DNA of 36,578 bases from Chthoniobacteraceae bacterium (lineage in GTDB: Bacteria; Verrucomicrobiota; Verrucomicrobiia; Chthoniobacterales; Chthoniobacteraceae). This document shows, piece after piece, positions 26,917 through 36,481 of the stretch; position 1 is the first letter of the stretch; every line of letters starts with the position of its first letter. A program made the position numbers and the translations under genes. The notes below the pieces were generated by a model. The model was not told the DNA's origin, did not search any database, and saw only the letters and a list, made by a program, of their open reading frames with translations. Location of the stretch: NCBI GenBank assembly GCA_031409655.1, contig JANNXQ010000071.1, forward strand, positions 1 to 36,578, in the 5' to 3' direction.

Positions 26917-28344
26917 ATGAAACTCACTCTCCTCTCCCTCGCTGCGCTTGCCCTCGTGTCCGTCAATGCGCCCGCGTCGGATTGGCCGCAATTCCGCGGA
27001 CCCGGCGGGCTCGGCATTGCGGCGGATTCGGCGGGAGCACCTGTCGAATTCGGCCCGGAGAAAAATGTGGTGTGGAAGACTCCGCTCGCCAGCGGGCACT
27101 CGTCGCCGGTGCTGTGGGGCGAGCGCATTTTCCTCACCACCTACGACGCGGGGAAGCTCGCCGCGGTGTGCCTTGATCGCGGCACCGGACGCATCCTGTG
27201 GAGCCGCGAAGTGCTCGCCGAAAAGGTCGAGCAAGTGCATCGCATCAGCAGCCCCGCCGCCGCGACGCCCTGCACGGATGGCACGCGCGTGTATTTCCAC
27301 TTCGGTTCCTTCGGCGTCATCGCGTTCGACTTCGACGGAACGGAGGTCTGGCGGCATCCGCTGCCGCTGCCGGTGAATGACTTCGGCACCGGCGCCTCGC
27401 CGATCCTCGCGGGCGGAAAGTTGATCGTCCTGCGCGATCAGGATGTCGGCTCCTTCCTCCTCGCGCTCGATCCGGCGACGGGGCAGCCGCTCTGGCGTAC
27501 GGAGCGGCCCGGCTTTTTCCGTGGCCACTCGACGCCCTTCCTCTGGCAGCACGATGACACCGCGGAGATCGTCATCACCGGTGCGGTCCGGCTCACGAGC
27601 TACGATCCCGCTACGGGCCGGGAACGCTGGAGCACAGCCGGCCTCTCGCGCGTCGCCAATGCCACGCCGACCGCCGCTGGCGGAGTGCTCTTTGCCTCGA
27701 GCTGGAATGTCGGCGCCGATCCCACGGGCCGCATGGAGCTGCCGCCCTTCAGCGACTTCGCCGCCGCGCAGGATCGCAATGCGGATGGCGCCTTGAGCGA
27801 GGAGGAATTTCCCGCCGGTCCATTGCGCTCTCGCTTCACCCAACTCGACGCCGACAAAGATGGAAGCGTGACGCGCACCGAGTGGGACGCCTACGCGCCG
27901 ATCGTGGCCAAAGCGGAGAACTCGCTCATGGCGGTCCGTGCTGGCGGCACGGGCGATGTCACCACGTCGCACGTCCTGTGGAAGAAGTCGCGCGGCCTGC
28001 CTTACGTGCCGTCGCCGCTCCATCTCGCTGGCCGCATTTACACCATCAAAAGCGGCGGCATGGCCTCGTGCTTCGACGCCGCCACTGGCGAGGAAAAATG
28101 GCTCGAACAACGCGTGGGTATTTTCGGCGACTTCTACGCCTCACCCATCGCTGCCGCGGGCCGCATCTACTTCGCCGCGCAGAATGGCACCATCGCCGTA
28201 CTTGCCTCCGGCGACACCTTCCAAGTCCTCGCGACCAATCCCTTCGGCGAACCCATCTTTGCCACGCCGGCCATGGCCGATGGAAAGTTGTATGTCCGCA
28301 CCGCTGGCCATCTCTACTGCATCGGCGCGGGAGCCGGACAGTAA
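26917..28344 (+). CDS. PQQ-like beta-propeller protein with an EF-hand-like insert, exported
   Basis: DWPQFRGP, GHSSPV, DRNADGALSEEE and DADKDGSVTRTE EF-hand-like loops, ATPAMADGKLYVRT. Confidence 0.9.
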   Translation: MKLTLLSLAALALVSVNAPASDWPQFRGPGGLGIAADSAGAPVEFGPEKNVVWKTPLASGHSSPVLWGERIFLTTYDAGKLAAVCLDRGTGRILWSREVLAEKVEQVHRISSPAAATPCTDGTRVYFHFGSFGVIAFDFDGTEVWRHPLPLPVNDFGTGASPILAGGKLIVLRDQDVGSFLLALDPATGQPLWRTERPGFFRGHSTPFLWQHDDTAEIVITGAVRLTSYDPATGRERWSTAGLSRVANATPTAAGGVLFASSWNVGADPTGRMELPPFSDFAAAQDRNADGALSEEEFPAGPLRSRFTQLDADKDGSVTRTEWDAYAPIVAKAENSLMAVRAGGTGDVTTSHVLWKKSRGLPYVPSPLHLAGRIYTIKSGGMASCFDAATGEEKWLEQRVGIFGDFYASPIAAAGRIYFAAQNGTIAVLASGDTFQVLATNPFGEPIFATPAMADGKLYVRTAGHLYCIGAGAGQ

Positions 28345-28375
28345 GTCACGCGGCGTCCCGGATCCGGTGCGCGTC

Positions 28376-28478
28376 TGGAGTGCGGCGCTTTATCGCCGCT
28401 TTCTATCCGCGCGGAACGCAACCGCCTGCCGCGCGCTCCGCGCTCAAACCGAAAGCGGTGATGAATTACCACACTCCA
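28376..28478. repeat. REP-like inverted doublet between convergent genes
   Basis: tggagtgcggcgctttatcgccgcttt (28376-28402) and aaagcggtgatgaattaccacactcca (28452-28478), 21/27 as inverted repeats. Confidence 0.8.
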
Positions 28479-28484
28479 TCGTCG

Positions 28485-31058
28485 CTACTTCACCTGCACC
28501 CACACCGGCGAAGACCACGCCATGTTCCCATCCACCTGCTCGACGCGGAGGTAGTAGCGGTTCTCGGCAGCGATCGGATTCTCGTCGATGAAGGTTTGGG
28601 TGAAGGTCTTGGTGTTCGGTTCCCACTGCTGATGGTTTAGCTCGTTGCGGACGAGCGTGACGCGTTTGATCGCGGCGGTGCCATCGACCTTGAACTTCAG
28701 CACCGGTTTGCCACTCAAGGCGATCTCGGTGCCGAGCAGTTGATCGTTGCAGGTGAACTCGACAAAGATCTTGTCCGTCGCGGCGATGGTGCGGCGGGCG
28801 TTGAGTGCCTCGATGATGCCTTCGCGGGTAAAGTTCTTCACATAGACGCCACCGTAGCTCGTGTGGGTGGAAATATGGTCGCTGTCCGCCCACACGCCCA
28901 GCTTGTGCCCGACTGCGAGCGCGTGCTGGTAGGTGCCGTTGTCATGGCCTTTGAAGTCCTCGATGGGTCGTCCGGATGGTGCCTGATACTTACCGCCCGG
29001 CCTCATGCCGACGGTGGGCTGGGGCGCTCCTTTGCCTTCATAACTGACGCGGGCACCTTGGAATATCTCGATGACGTTTTCCACGCGGTGATCGACCTCT
29101 TTGATCAAAGACCAGTCCGTGCCAGCAGCGCTGCCGCCTGTGTGGGTGATGACGCTGACCGGCTTGCCATATCGCACGAGCACGTTCCACAACTCCTGCG
29201 GCGACACCTCAGGTGTGCCTTCAGTAGCGACGGGGAAAAGCGCCTGCCACGGTGAAGCGAGGTAGTTTTCCCGTTTGATATAAACGATGGGACCGCCGCG
29301 CTGGGCAAAGATCATGTTGCGATGCCCATGCGGCCAGTTTTGCTCCCGCTCATAAGCATACATGCTCACGAAGGAACCTGGGGCGAAAAAGACATCGACC
29401 ATCTTTTGATTCAGCCACCATTCATAGGGATGATAAATCTTGCCAATGTCACTGTGGTCGCTGGTGCCGAGAGAGTCGAGCTTGCCCATGTCCAGCGCGT
29501 AGCGGTATTGCTCCAGCACGCAGCCATCATTGGCCGTGACGCAGTTCGAGAGGTCAGTGTGCCGGTGATAGTCGGCCCAATAGAGATGATAGGTGATGCC
29601 GTTGTTTGTGATGGTGTGACGATCATTGATTGCTCGCTCCGCGGTGACAGGGTTGATGTAAGGCGCGAAGGTCTCGCGTATTTTCGCGGCAGGCGCAGTG
29701 AAGAGCGGCAGTTCCAGCTCCGTGGCGATTTTGGCGAGCTGAATGCCGGATGTCTGATGCAGCTTGGAGAGACGCAAATCACTCGGCCAGGCGATCCACA
29801 GGCTGCCATCACTGCTGAGTGCGTGCTGCGTCTGGCGGTCCTGCGAATAAACGCTGTCAGGCAGGATCGAAGGCAGCGTCCACTGCTGCGTGGCGGCGTC
29901 ATAGCGAGTGAGCGCCACGCTCCAGCAAAAGTCCTTATAGTAACGCACGCTGAGCCAGGGACGACCTGCGGCATCGAGCATGACATGCGGCAGGTTCAGC
30001 GCGCCGAGTTCATCCTTGGCGAGCAGACCTTTATCCTTCAGCGCCTTCGCCCTTGCGGCCGCTTTGATTCGCAGCTTTTCGGCCAGAGCAGGATTGTTGG
30101 TGCGAGTCGTAGGAAGCTCCGACGCGGGACTCGCGAGCGTGGCAAAGAGGCCATCCGGCGCGGGCAGTTGCTTCACCGTGTCTTTAGCGAAATCCCAATA
30201 CGCAAACACCGTGTCACGACGGCCATTCAAGCCCGGCGGATGGTTTTCAGCTCGCGTGTCCATACCCCATTGCTCATTACCGCGCTCACAGGTCAGCCAG
30301 ACACCTTTTCCATCTTTCGCCGTCACTGCCGAAACGCGTGCCTCATAGCGCGGCGTGGCGATGAGCGACTTCGTCTTCCCGAGTTTCAAATCAGCATCAA
30401 GGTGGGTGGCGTAAATGTTAAATTCATTGCCGCGTGCTGAATCGAAAATCACCCACGCGCCGTTTTGACCATCGAACGCCAGACACGGCTCCCAATCACC
30501 CGCTGCGTCATTCGTGATTTGGATTTCATTCGACCACGTCTTTTGCTTTGCCTTGAAGACACAGCAGAAAACATCTCCCAACCCGCCGCACATGCCTTGC
30601 CAGACGACCCATACATTTCCCGCTGAATCAGCAGAGGCTTTCGCGAGGACGTTGCCGCCCTTCGGCGATGCCGCCAGCGTCTCGATTTCTCCAGCCACCT
30701 TGCCATCGCGAATGGTAACCGTTTTGAGGTCCATGATGTTCAGCTCATTCACTTGCGACCACACCACATGCAGTGCGCCGTCTCCATCCATGGCCAACGC
30801 TGGTTGATGAAGGATACCGGGCGACCCCACGGTCAGAACATCGCTCAAAGTGCCATCCACCAGCTTCGCGACATGCAGCGTGTCCACCACACCATCCCAC
30901 TGCACAAACGCGACCCACGGTGTGCCTACCTTATCCGTGCAGAGCGCAGGGAAATCAGACTGCTTTCCTACCACACGTAGCGCATGCGGTTTCGGTAAAA
31001 GGTCCTGGGCTAGAGCGCAAGACGCAGTGATGGCAAGGAGGGAGAGGATGCGGTGCAT
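28485..31058 (-). CDS. Exported PHP-fold metallohydrolase-like protein (DUF3604-like) with N-terminal beta-rich repeats
   Basis: DYHRHT, SDH, YERE, GHRN, THT, DSDH metal-site motifs; C-terminal YYLRVEQVDGNMAWSSPVW. Confidence 0.8.
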   Translation of the reverse strand: MHRILSLLAITASCALAQDLLPKPHALRVVGKQSDFPALCTDKVGTPWVAFVQWDGVVDTLHVAKLVDGTLSDVLTVGSPGILHQPALAMDGDGALHVVWSQVNELNIMDLKTVTIRDGKVAGEIETLAASPKGGNVLAKASADSAGNVWVVWQGMCGGLGDVFCCVFKAKQKTWSNEIQITNDAAGDWEPCLAFDGQNGAWVIFDSARGNEFNIYATHLDADLKLGKTKSLIATPRYEARVSAVTAKDGKGVWLTCERGNEQWGMDTRAENHPPGLNGRRDTVFAYWDFAKDTVKQLPAPDGLFATLASPASELPTTRTNNPALAEKLRIKAAARAKALKDKGLLAKDELGALNLPHVMLDAAGRPWLSVRYYKDFCWSVALTRYDAATQQWTLPSILPDSVYSQDRQTQHALSSDGSLWIAWPSDLRLSKLHQTSGIQLAKIATELELPLFTAPAAKIRETFAPYINPVTAERAINDRHTITNNGITYHLYWADYHRHTDLSNCVTANDGCVLEQYRYALDMGKLDSLGTSDHSDIGKIYHPYEWWLNQKMVDVFFAPGSFVSMYAYEREQNWPHGHRNMIFAQRGGPIVYIKRENYLASPWQALFPVATEGTPEVSPQELWNVLVRYGKPVSVITHTGGSAAGTDWSLIKEVDHRVENVIEIFQGARVSYEGKGAPQPTVGMRPGGKYQAPSGRPIEDFKGHDNGTYQHALAVGHKLGVWADSDHISTHTSYGGVYVKNFTREGIIEALNARRTIAATDKIFVEFTCNDQLLGTEIALSGKPVLKFKVDGTAAIKRVTLVRNELNHQQWEPNTKTFTQTFIDENPIAAENRYYLRVEQVDGNMAWSSPVWVQVK

Positions 31059-31106
31059 GATGCTGGTATTTCTGACAGTGGCTGGCGCGATGGAAGACTG
31101 CACATG

Positions 31107-32177
31107 TCATTTGCAGGCGTCCAGGCCGAGCACCGCGAACACCGTGGCGGTGTCGCTCATGAAGTGCTCCTTCACACCTTTCAGAGAACGGGTGAACCAG
31201 CGACCGGATGCACGCTGATTAGAGGAGAGCCACTTCACGCCATTTTGAATGGCCGCATGTCTAGCAGGCACTCCAGCCTGCCACAGGACATCGATGACGA
31301 GCCCGCTGCCGTAGCCATCGCTAGGTGCGTCGGGGTTGGCGACTTCACCACGGTGGCCTTCCCAGTCTTTGCCGAGCGATTCCATGGGCCAGCCGCCGTC
31401 CGGTCGGTGGAGGGAAAGCAGGTCGTTGATCGTGGTTTGCTTCTCCTCGTCGCTTAGCAAACCGTCGAGACGCGTCGCAGCCCACAGCAGCCAGGCGCGA
31501 TGATGCAGATTCGGCGCGGGTGTGGTTTTGAAATGGGAGCGCAGCTTGTCCACTCCAGCCTTAGCTGCATCGCTCTGCGCATAGTTCTCCGGCGCTTGCC
31601 CGACGCCGACGGCAGCGAGCAGCGCATCATAATAATCGTCCACCTCAAAAGGCGGCCAATCGCACTTCGGCCAGTTCCAGGCACCGTCCTTGCGTTGCAG
31701 CGTCCACATGCGCTCAAGCGCTTGCCGTGTGATGGGATGCAGCCTGCCTGTGGTCTGCGCATCATGAATCGCCAAGGCGGTCGAGGTGCCGACGATCTCG
31801 CGGTGCTGGTGCTTCTTGACCTGCTCATCCACCTCCCAGTTCGTGATGCGGCCCTCGAAAAACAAGCGCACCTCGGTCATTGATAACGTGGGCGACTCCT
31901 TCAGCACTGCGCGCGACATCAAATATGGCCAGCCCGTGTGGCACGAGCCGCATTTGTTTTTCTGCACCCACGCCACGGCTGTGCGATCCAGCGACTCAGC
32001 AGCTTTTGCTAGCGAGAGCACCTTCAGCAAAGGCTCGTCAGGCGAACCCTGTGGAAACGCCAGCTTCGGCGCTACACCGACTTGGGCTGCCGGTGACGGT
32101 CTATTTTCCTGCGCCTGAGTGGTCGCCGCCGCAAGCAGGAGCGCGGTAATGCGGGAGAGTCTTCGTGATGTGGTCAT
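31107..32177 (-). CDS. Exported prenyltransferase/squalene-cyclase-repeat (alpha-alpha barrel) protein with CxxCH
   Basis: QW-type motifs LQRKDGAW, HRPDGGW, NQRASGRW; CGSCH; SDGYGSG. Start at ATG 32177. Confidence 0.8.
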   Translation of the reverse strand: MTTSRRLSRITALLLAAATTQAQENRPSPAAQVGVAPKLAFPQGSPDEPLLKVLSLAKAAESLDRTAVAWVQKNKCGSCHTGWPYLMSRAVLKESPTLSMTEVRLFFEGRITNWEVDEQVKKHQHREIVGTSTALAIHDAQTTGRLHPITRQALERMWTLQRKDGAWNWPKCDWPPFEVDDYYDALLAAVGVGQAPENYAQSDAAKAGVDKLRSHFKTTPAPNLHHRAWLLWAATRLDGLLSDEEKQTTINDLLSLHRPDGGWPMESLGKDWEGHRGEVANPDAPSDGYGSGLVIDVLWQAGVPARHAAIQNGVKWLSSNQRASGRWFTRSLKGVKEHFMSDTATVFAVLGLDACK

Positions 32178-32299
32178 CGCGTTAGGAACGTCCAGCAACC
32201 TCGCGATCATTCCACCGCAGCGCCTATATGCCCACGGGTGGAATGGCACCAACCGACCCGCATCCGTAACAACGCACAAGCACATGGCTGCTATGGGAT

Positions 32300-33160
32300 T
32301 CACGCCGTGTGCGCGATCAGGCACGTGCCCACGGCCAGCGGAATACCGGCAGACGCGGTGACGATGCCGTTCATGCCAAAGGTGACGCCACCGAGCGCGG
32401 CATCGCGACGGTAGGCAGCCAGTGTGCGCAGCGGTTCCTTGCCCACTGCGGCCGTCGCCTGATCGGTGGTGGTGATGCTGCAACGCTCGCAGGGTTTCAC
32501 CAGCCGGATCTCAAAGCCGTCACCTATCAGCACATTGATGTCATCTTCTCCATGCGGCCCCAGACCAAGAATGACGATATTGGCCCGAAACCGATCCTTT
32601 GGCAATGGCGCATCAAGACGACTGTTGAGATCCTCCAGAGACTCCTCGCTGATGACCAGCAGCGGATAACCGTCGGTGAAGCGATTCTCCGCATCCACAC
32701 CCTGAGTCCATTGATGGCTGCTGAGCCGCCGGTGCGCGGGGTCGAAGCGCACCAGTCGCACGGGCTTCCCGAGAAAGGCACTGAGCCACTCGGCCGCCGC
32801 AGGGCCTTCATCCAAGGCAGCGCAATCATCACGCCAAACCCACACCCGGCAGCGTGACAAGCCGCGCCCAGCCAGCGGTAGCTCCAAAGCGCCCGATTGT
32901 CCCGGCGCACTCAAACGCAGCGTGTCGGACATGAGGGCCGTTTCGATCAGCGCCATGCGTGGAAGGGTGCGTTGACTGAGGAACTGACCCGCGGCATCCA
33001 CCACCATCCACTCGCGGTCATGAGCGAGACCACGCCCGGTCAACTCCGCTGCGGCCAGCGAAATGCCGCGACAAGACTTCACGGGGTAAATATGCAGGCC
33101 GGTGATCGTGGCGTGGAAAGGTCTCAAGAAAGGAAATAGAGTGGTTGGTTCTCGCTCCAT
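32300..33160 (-). CDS. MOSC domain protein (YcbX/mARC-like)
   Basis: IYPVKSCRG, DREWM, FTDGYP, RFRANI, KPCERC, FGMN. Start uncertain. Confidence 0.9.
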   Translation of the reverse strand: MEREPTTLFPFLRPFHATITGLHIYPVKSCRGISLAAAELTGRGLAHDREWMVVDAAGQFLSQRTLPRMALIETALMSDTLRLSAPGQSGALELPLAGRGLSRCRVWVWRDDCAALDEGPAAAEWLSAFLGKPVRLVRFDPAHRRLSSHQWTQGVDAENRFTDGYPLLVISEESLEDLNSRLDAPLPKDRFRANIVILGLGPHGEDDINVLIGDGFEIRLVKPCERCSITTTDQATAAVGKEPLRTLAAYRRDAALGGVTFGMNGIVTASAGIPLAVGTCLIAHTA

Positions 33161-33181
33161 CAACCCAGACAATGCGAGGGT

Positions 33182-34666
33182 CTAGCGATTGAAGCGCATC
33201 ACGACGAGCGAGTGCGAGGTCTGCGCGGTGATGATGAGATGGCCGTCCACGAATACGAGGACGTGCGCGTCGTCCTGCCCGCCGGGGAAGGCGGTGGGGG
33301 CGTTGAGGCGTCCGAGTTCTTTGGGCAGCTCCGGCGCGCTGACGTCGATCGCCTGCACGGTCTGGCCGCCAGCGGCGAAGCCGATGGGGCCGGCGATTTC
33401 GAGTCCGTTCGGGCCACGCCCGTCGGGGAAATCAATGCTACCGCGCAGGCGCGGGTTCACCGGGTCGGTGAGTTCAATGACCGAGACGTTGCTGCGCAGG
33501 TCATCCGTGCGGTCGCTGTTTTCCAAGAGTGAACTCCCGACGTAGGCGAACTTGCCACCGGTCCTCACGCGATTCGCGCCGGTGAGACGCGGATGTTCGA
33601 GCCGGCCGACCAGACTCCTCTGTTCCGGCGGTAACACTTTACGGGTCTTCGCATCGGCCACGCGATAGACGCTCAACCGGCCGGGCCGGCTTTTGCTGCC
33701 GAACCCTTCCGGCGAAACGACCACCATCAGGTCGCCGGAAAATGCCGCGTCGTGCGGCGAACTCAACTCGCCGCTTTCCCGGGTCTCGCGTGAATCGAGC
33801 AGCTTGATGGTATCGGGCGCAGACACGTCCACCGCGAGGATGTGGCCGAGTTTGTTCGCCCCGGAGACCGCGTCGCCGAGGCCCGCGAAGCCGTTGATGA
33901 TGTCCACGCGCGGACGCTCCTTGATGGCGGCGAGTGGTTTCGGTGCGCTGGGATTGCTCGAGTCGAAGAGGAAAAGGTCGCGCGTGCCGATGAGTCAGCG
34001 GTTCGCGCCGAGTGGCAGCACCGTCTCCGCGTCTTCGTAAGCCTGCGGGGTGCTCGCGGACCAGAGCACCTTCGGATCCGTGGGTTGCTTCACGTCCACG
34101 ATGGCGAGCGAGCCGCTTTTGCCAGCCTCGGAGGGGAACACGCCGCCTTTGGGCAGGTTGCGCTGGGTGAATCCCTTGCCCGCAATGTAGGCCAGCCCGT
34201 CGCGCACTTCGATGTCGTGCTCGCCCGTGAGTGCCGCTTCATCGTGGAGCACGGCGACGATTTGCAGCGCGCCGGCGTTGATGGAAAGCGCCGACACCGG
34301 ACCGGTGCCGAGAGTCTTGGTGACCTTCGCATCCACGTCGGCGCAGGCGACGGCGTGATTGTGCTCGTAGAGGATGCGCTCACTTTCACCGGTCTTGGTG
34401 AGCGGCTTGGTGACGAGGCCGGACAGCGAGTTGCCCGTGATGGTGAGATCGCGCGTGGCTTCAAGGAGAATGCCAGCGGCTTCGTTGATGTCGGGATTGT
34501 CGCGACGCGGGCTGCTCTGGCGCGGGCCTTCACCGGCGAACTTGTCGCAAAAAGTGTTTCCGCTGATGACGCTGCGGCCCGAGTGCGTGGACACGCGCAC
34601 GCCGAATTGTTTGCAGCGCACAAAGGTGTTGCCAGTGATGGGAATGCCGTGCGCATCGCGCAGATC
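33182..34666 (-). pseudogene. 5'-truncated beta-helix plus LVIVD-like repeat protein with an internal TGA
   Basis: ITGNTF, ISGNTF and ITGNS beta-helix turns; LAIVDVKQP, AVDVSAP and AIDVSAP repeats. ORFs 33995..34762 and 33182..33907 are in the same frame, separated by one TGA at 33995-33997. Confidence 0.75.
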
Positions 34667-34865
34667 CGTGCCGCCATCCATAGGTAGATCGCGCACGTCG
34701 ATCTCCACGCCGAGCAGATCGCGGATCGAGTTCCGGTATTCGCGCCGGTTCAGCCGCCGCATCGTAATCTGCCCCCCTGATCGCCGATGACCTTGCGCGC
34801 AGTGACCATCGTGCGAGAGAGCGCATCGAGGAACTCCGTCTTGCGCGCCTTGGCCGGATGCTGGG
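34667..34865 (-). pseudogene. Fragment of a DUF1587/DUF1592-type (PSD) gene
   Basis: MRRLNRREYRNSIRDLLGV..DLP is the DUF1587 signature. The upstream KTEFLDALSRTMVTARKVIGDQGG joins it if one base is added to the C6 run at 34772-34777. Confidence 0.7.
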
Positions 34866-34903
34866 TAGGTAGCAATGGGAAGATTCGTTCTGCTCGTTTG
34901 GGC

Positions 34904-36481
34904 TCAACCGAAACTAAAAGCCAATTGATTTCCATCAACAGGCATGAACAACCCTCTCCGCACTTCAGCCTCCATTCCTACCTCCGCATGCTCGTGGGTG
35001 CCAAGGGACAGATCCGAATGGCAATAAGATAAGCCCTCGTTGAATCCGGCGCGATAGCGGTTTCTGTGTGGGATAACGCGCATCTTATGACGCGGTTGAT
35101 TGAGTAACTGGTAAAGCTTTGGCCGTCGCTTGCGCGCGCGGGGTTCATTGCGATCCGGTCGCTGTGGCAGCACGTCGCTTGCGATGATGGCGAGCAGCTC
35201 GTCATAGGAGCGGCGCTGGCTCCTGGGATTCCCGCTGGCCGCATGGATTCTGTCCGCGAAGTGACGCACGCTATCCATGCTTCCTTTGAAGCTGAGGCGA
35301 TCGAGCGGCACGTCATGGCGCTGCGCCGCCTCTTGCATGACACAGCGCATCAGGTTGTAAGCAATGGCATTCATGCAGAGTTCCTTCTCGATCATTCGGG
35401 GACTGCGGCAACGCAATACATCTGCCCCCATGGTGCTCTTGATCTCGCGGTAACGCAGTTCGACGTTCCAGCGCGCACGATAGAGCTGCGCGAGCATGGC
35501 CGCAGGGTACGCGGTGGGGTCAAGCAAGGTCGTGGCCACGGTGACTTCCTCGGTGCGGAAGCCCGGCACCTCGATCCGGAAACGCACCAGGCGCACCACG
35601 AGCGTGGCGGGCAGGGTCTCGTGCTCAGGCGCCCATGGGTCGTTGCGCCGGGCGCCACCCTTGCGCCAGGTGACCAGCCGATCGTTCTTCCCGAGGGGCC
35701 GGCCTTGACGCAAATCGCACCGGCGGGCCTGGTGCAGACGCAGCACGCTATCCACGCCACGGGCGAGCAACACCGCTATCAAACCAAAGGAGCAAAATCC
35801 CCGGTCCGCTAACAGCACTTCGCCTTCTTCCAACCCATCGAGCAACTCACGGGTAAGATGGTTTTCCTGATCGTGCTTGTTCCCGAAAGCGTAACGAAGC
35901 AGCGCGCCGCTGCTCAGGCAAAAGAGGCCCGTCAGGCGCAAGAGCGGAAAGCCACAGCCAGGTTTCTGGCTGGAGGACTGCGGCCAGCGTTGCTGATTGG
36001 CTGCAGTATCCGGCATCGACAGCATCGTGCCATCGAGGATTTTCACCCGCCGACGACCCAGCGCGCATTGCCCATCAAGAATGCGGCGCTCCAGTGTGGC
36101 GGCCAAAGCGCGGAAGACCTTTTCCAAAGTCGCCAGCGGCAGGCGGGCGCGTGCCTGGCAATAGCCAGCGCTATTGGCGGAAATGCGCCTTTTGCGGCGG
36201 CCTTGCCACCAAGCCTGCACCTTGCGCACTGCTTCCCGACACGCGCACTGCGGGGAGAGGATCTGAAAGAGAAATGCCCAGAAGGTTACCTCGAGACCAA
36301 AGAGCCGTTGGCGGCTGTTGACGCCACCTTTGGTGCGAGCCAGCAAATCCTTGGGCAAATGCGTACCAAAGACGCTTTGCAACTGACCGAGATCCTCTTC
36401 GATGACAGGAAGCTTGCGATGCGCCCGCCGTCCAAATAACAACGGACCGAAGGCCGAGAAGAAAGGTGTTCTAAGTCCCAT
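34904..36481 (-). CDS. IS4-family DDE transposase (reads 40 aa past its expected stop)
   Basis: YCQARARLP, ILDGT, LLADRGF, LYRARWNVELRYREIK (YREK motif), RPDRNEPRARKRRPK. Confidence 0.93.
   Translation of the reverse strand: MGLRTPFFSAFGPLLFGRRAHRKLPVIEEDLGQLQSVFGTHLPKDLLARTKGGVNSRQRLFGLEVTFWAFLFQILSPQCACREAVRKVQAWWQGRRKRRISANSAGYCQARARLPLATLEKVFRALAATLERRILDGQCALGRRRVKILDGTMLSMPDTAANQQRWPQSSSQKPGCGFPLLRLTGLFCLSSGALLRYAFGNKHDQENHLTRELLDGLEEGEVLLADRGFCSFGLIAVLLARGVDSVLRLHQARRCDLRQGRPLGKNDRLVTWRKGGARRNDPWAPEHETLPATLVVRLVRFRIEVPGFRTEEVTVATTLLDPTAYPAAMLAQLYRARWNVELRYREIKSTMGADVLRCRSPRMIEKELCMNAIAYNLMRCVMQEAAQRHDVPLDRLSFKGSMDSVRHFADRIHAASGNPRSQRRSYDELLAIIASDVLPQRPDRNEPRARKRRPKLYQLLNQPRHKMRVIPHRNRYRAGFNEGLSYCHSDLSLGTHEHAEVGMEAEVRRGLFMPVDGNQLAFSFG

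Noticed and set aside
26196..28110. N-terminal 638 codons of the 1346-aa ORF 24070..28110
   Set aside because: Antisense to the thioredoxin and PQQ genes; the real protein starts at the signal peptide at 26196.
31107..32177. Calling this gene shc (hopanoid synthesis)
   Set aside because: Too short, lacks DxDD, and has a signal-like N-terminus.
32181..32270. attC-like site or IS-end remnant (GTTAGG...TAAC, 9-bp inverted repeat CATTCCACC/GGTGGAATG, GAATGGCAC)
   Set aside because: Core sites are in the wrong order for attC and there is no integrase; the 9-bp match to the IS end is too short to support.
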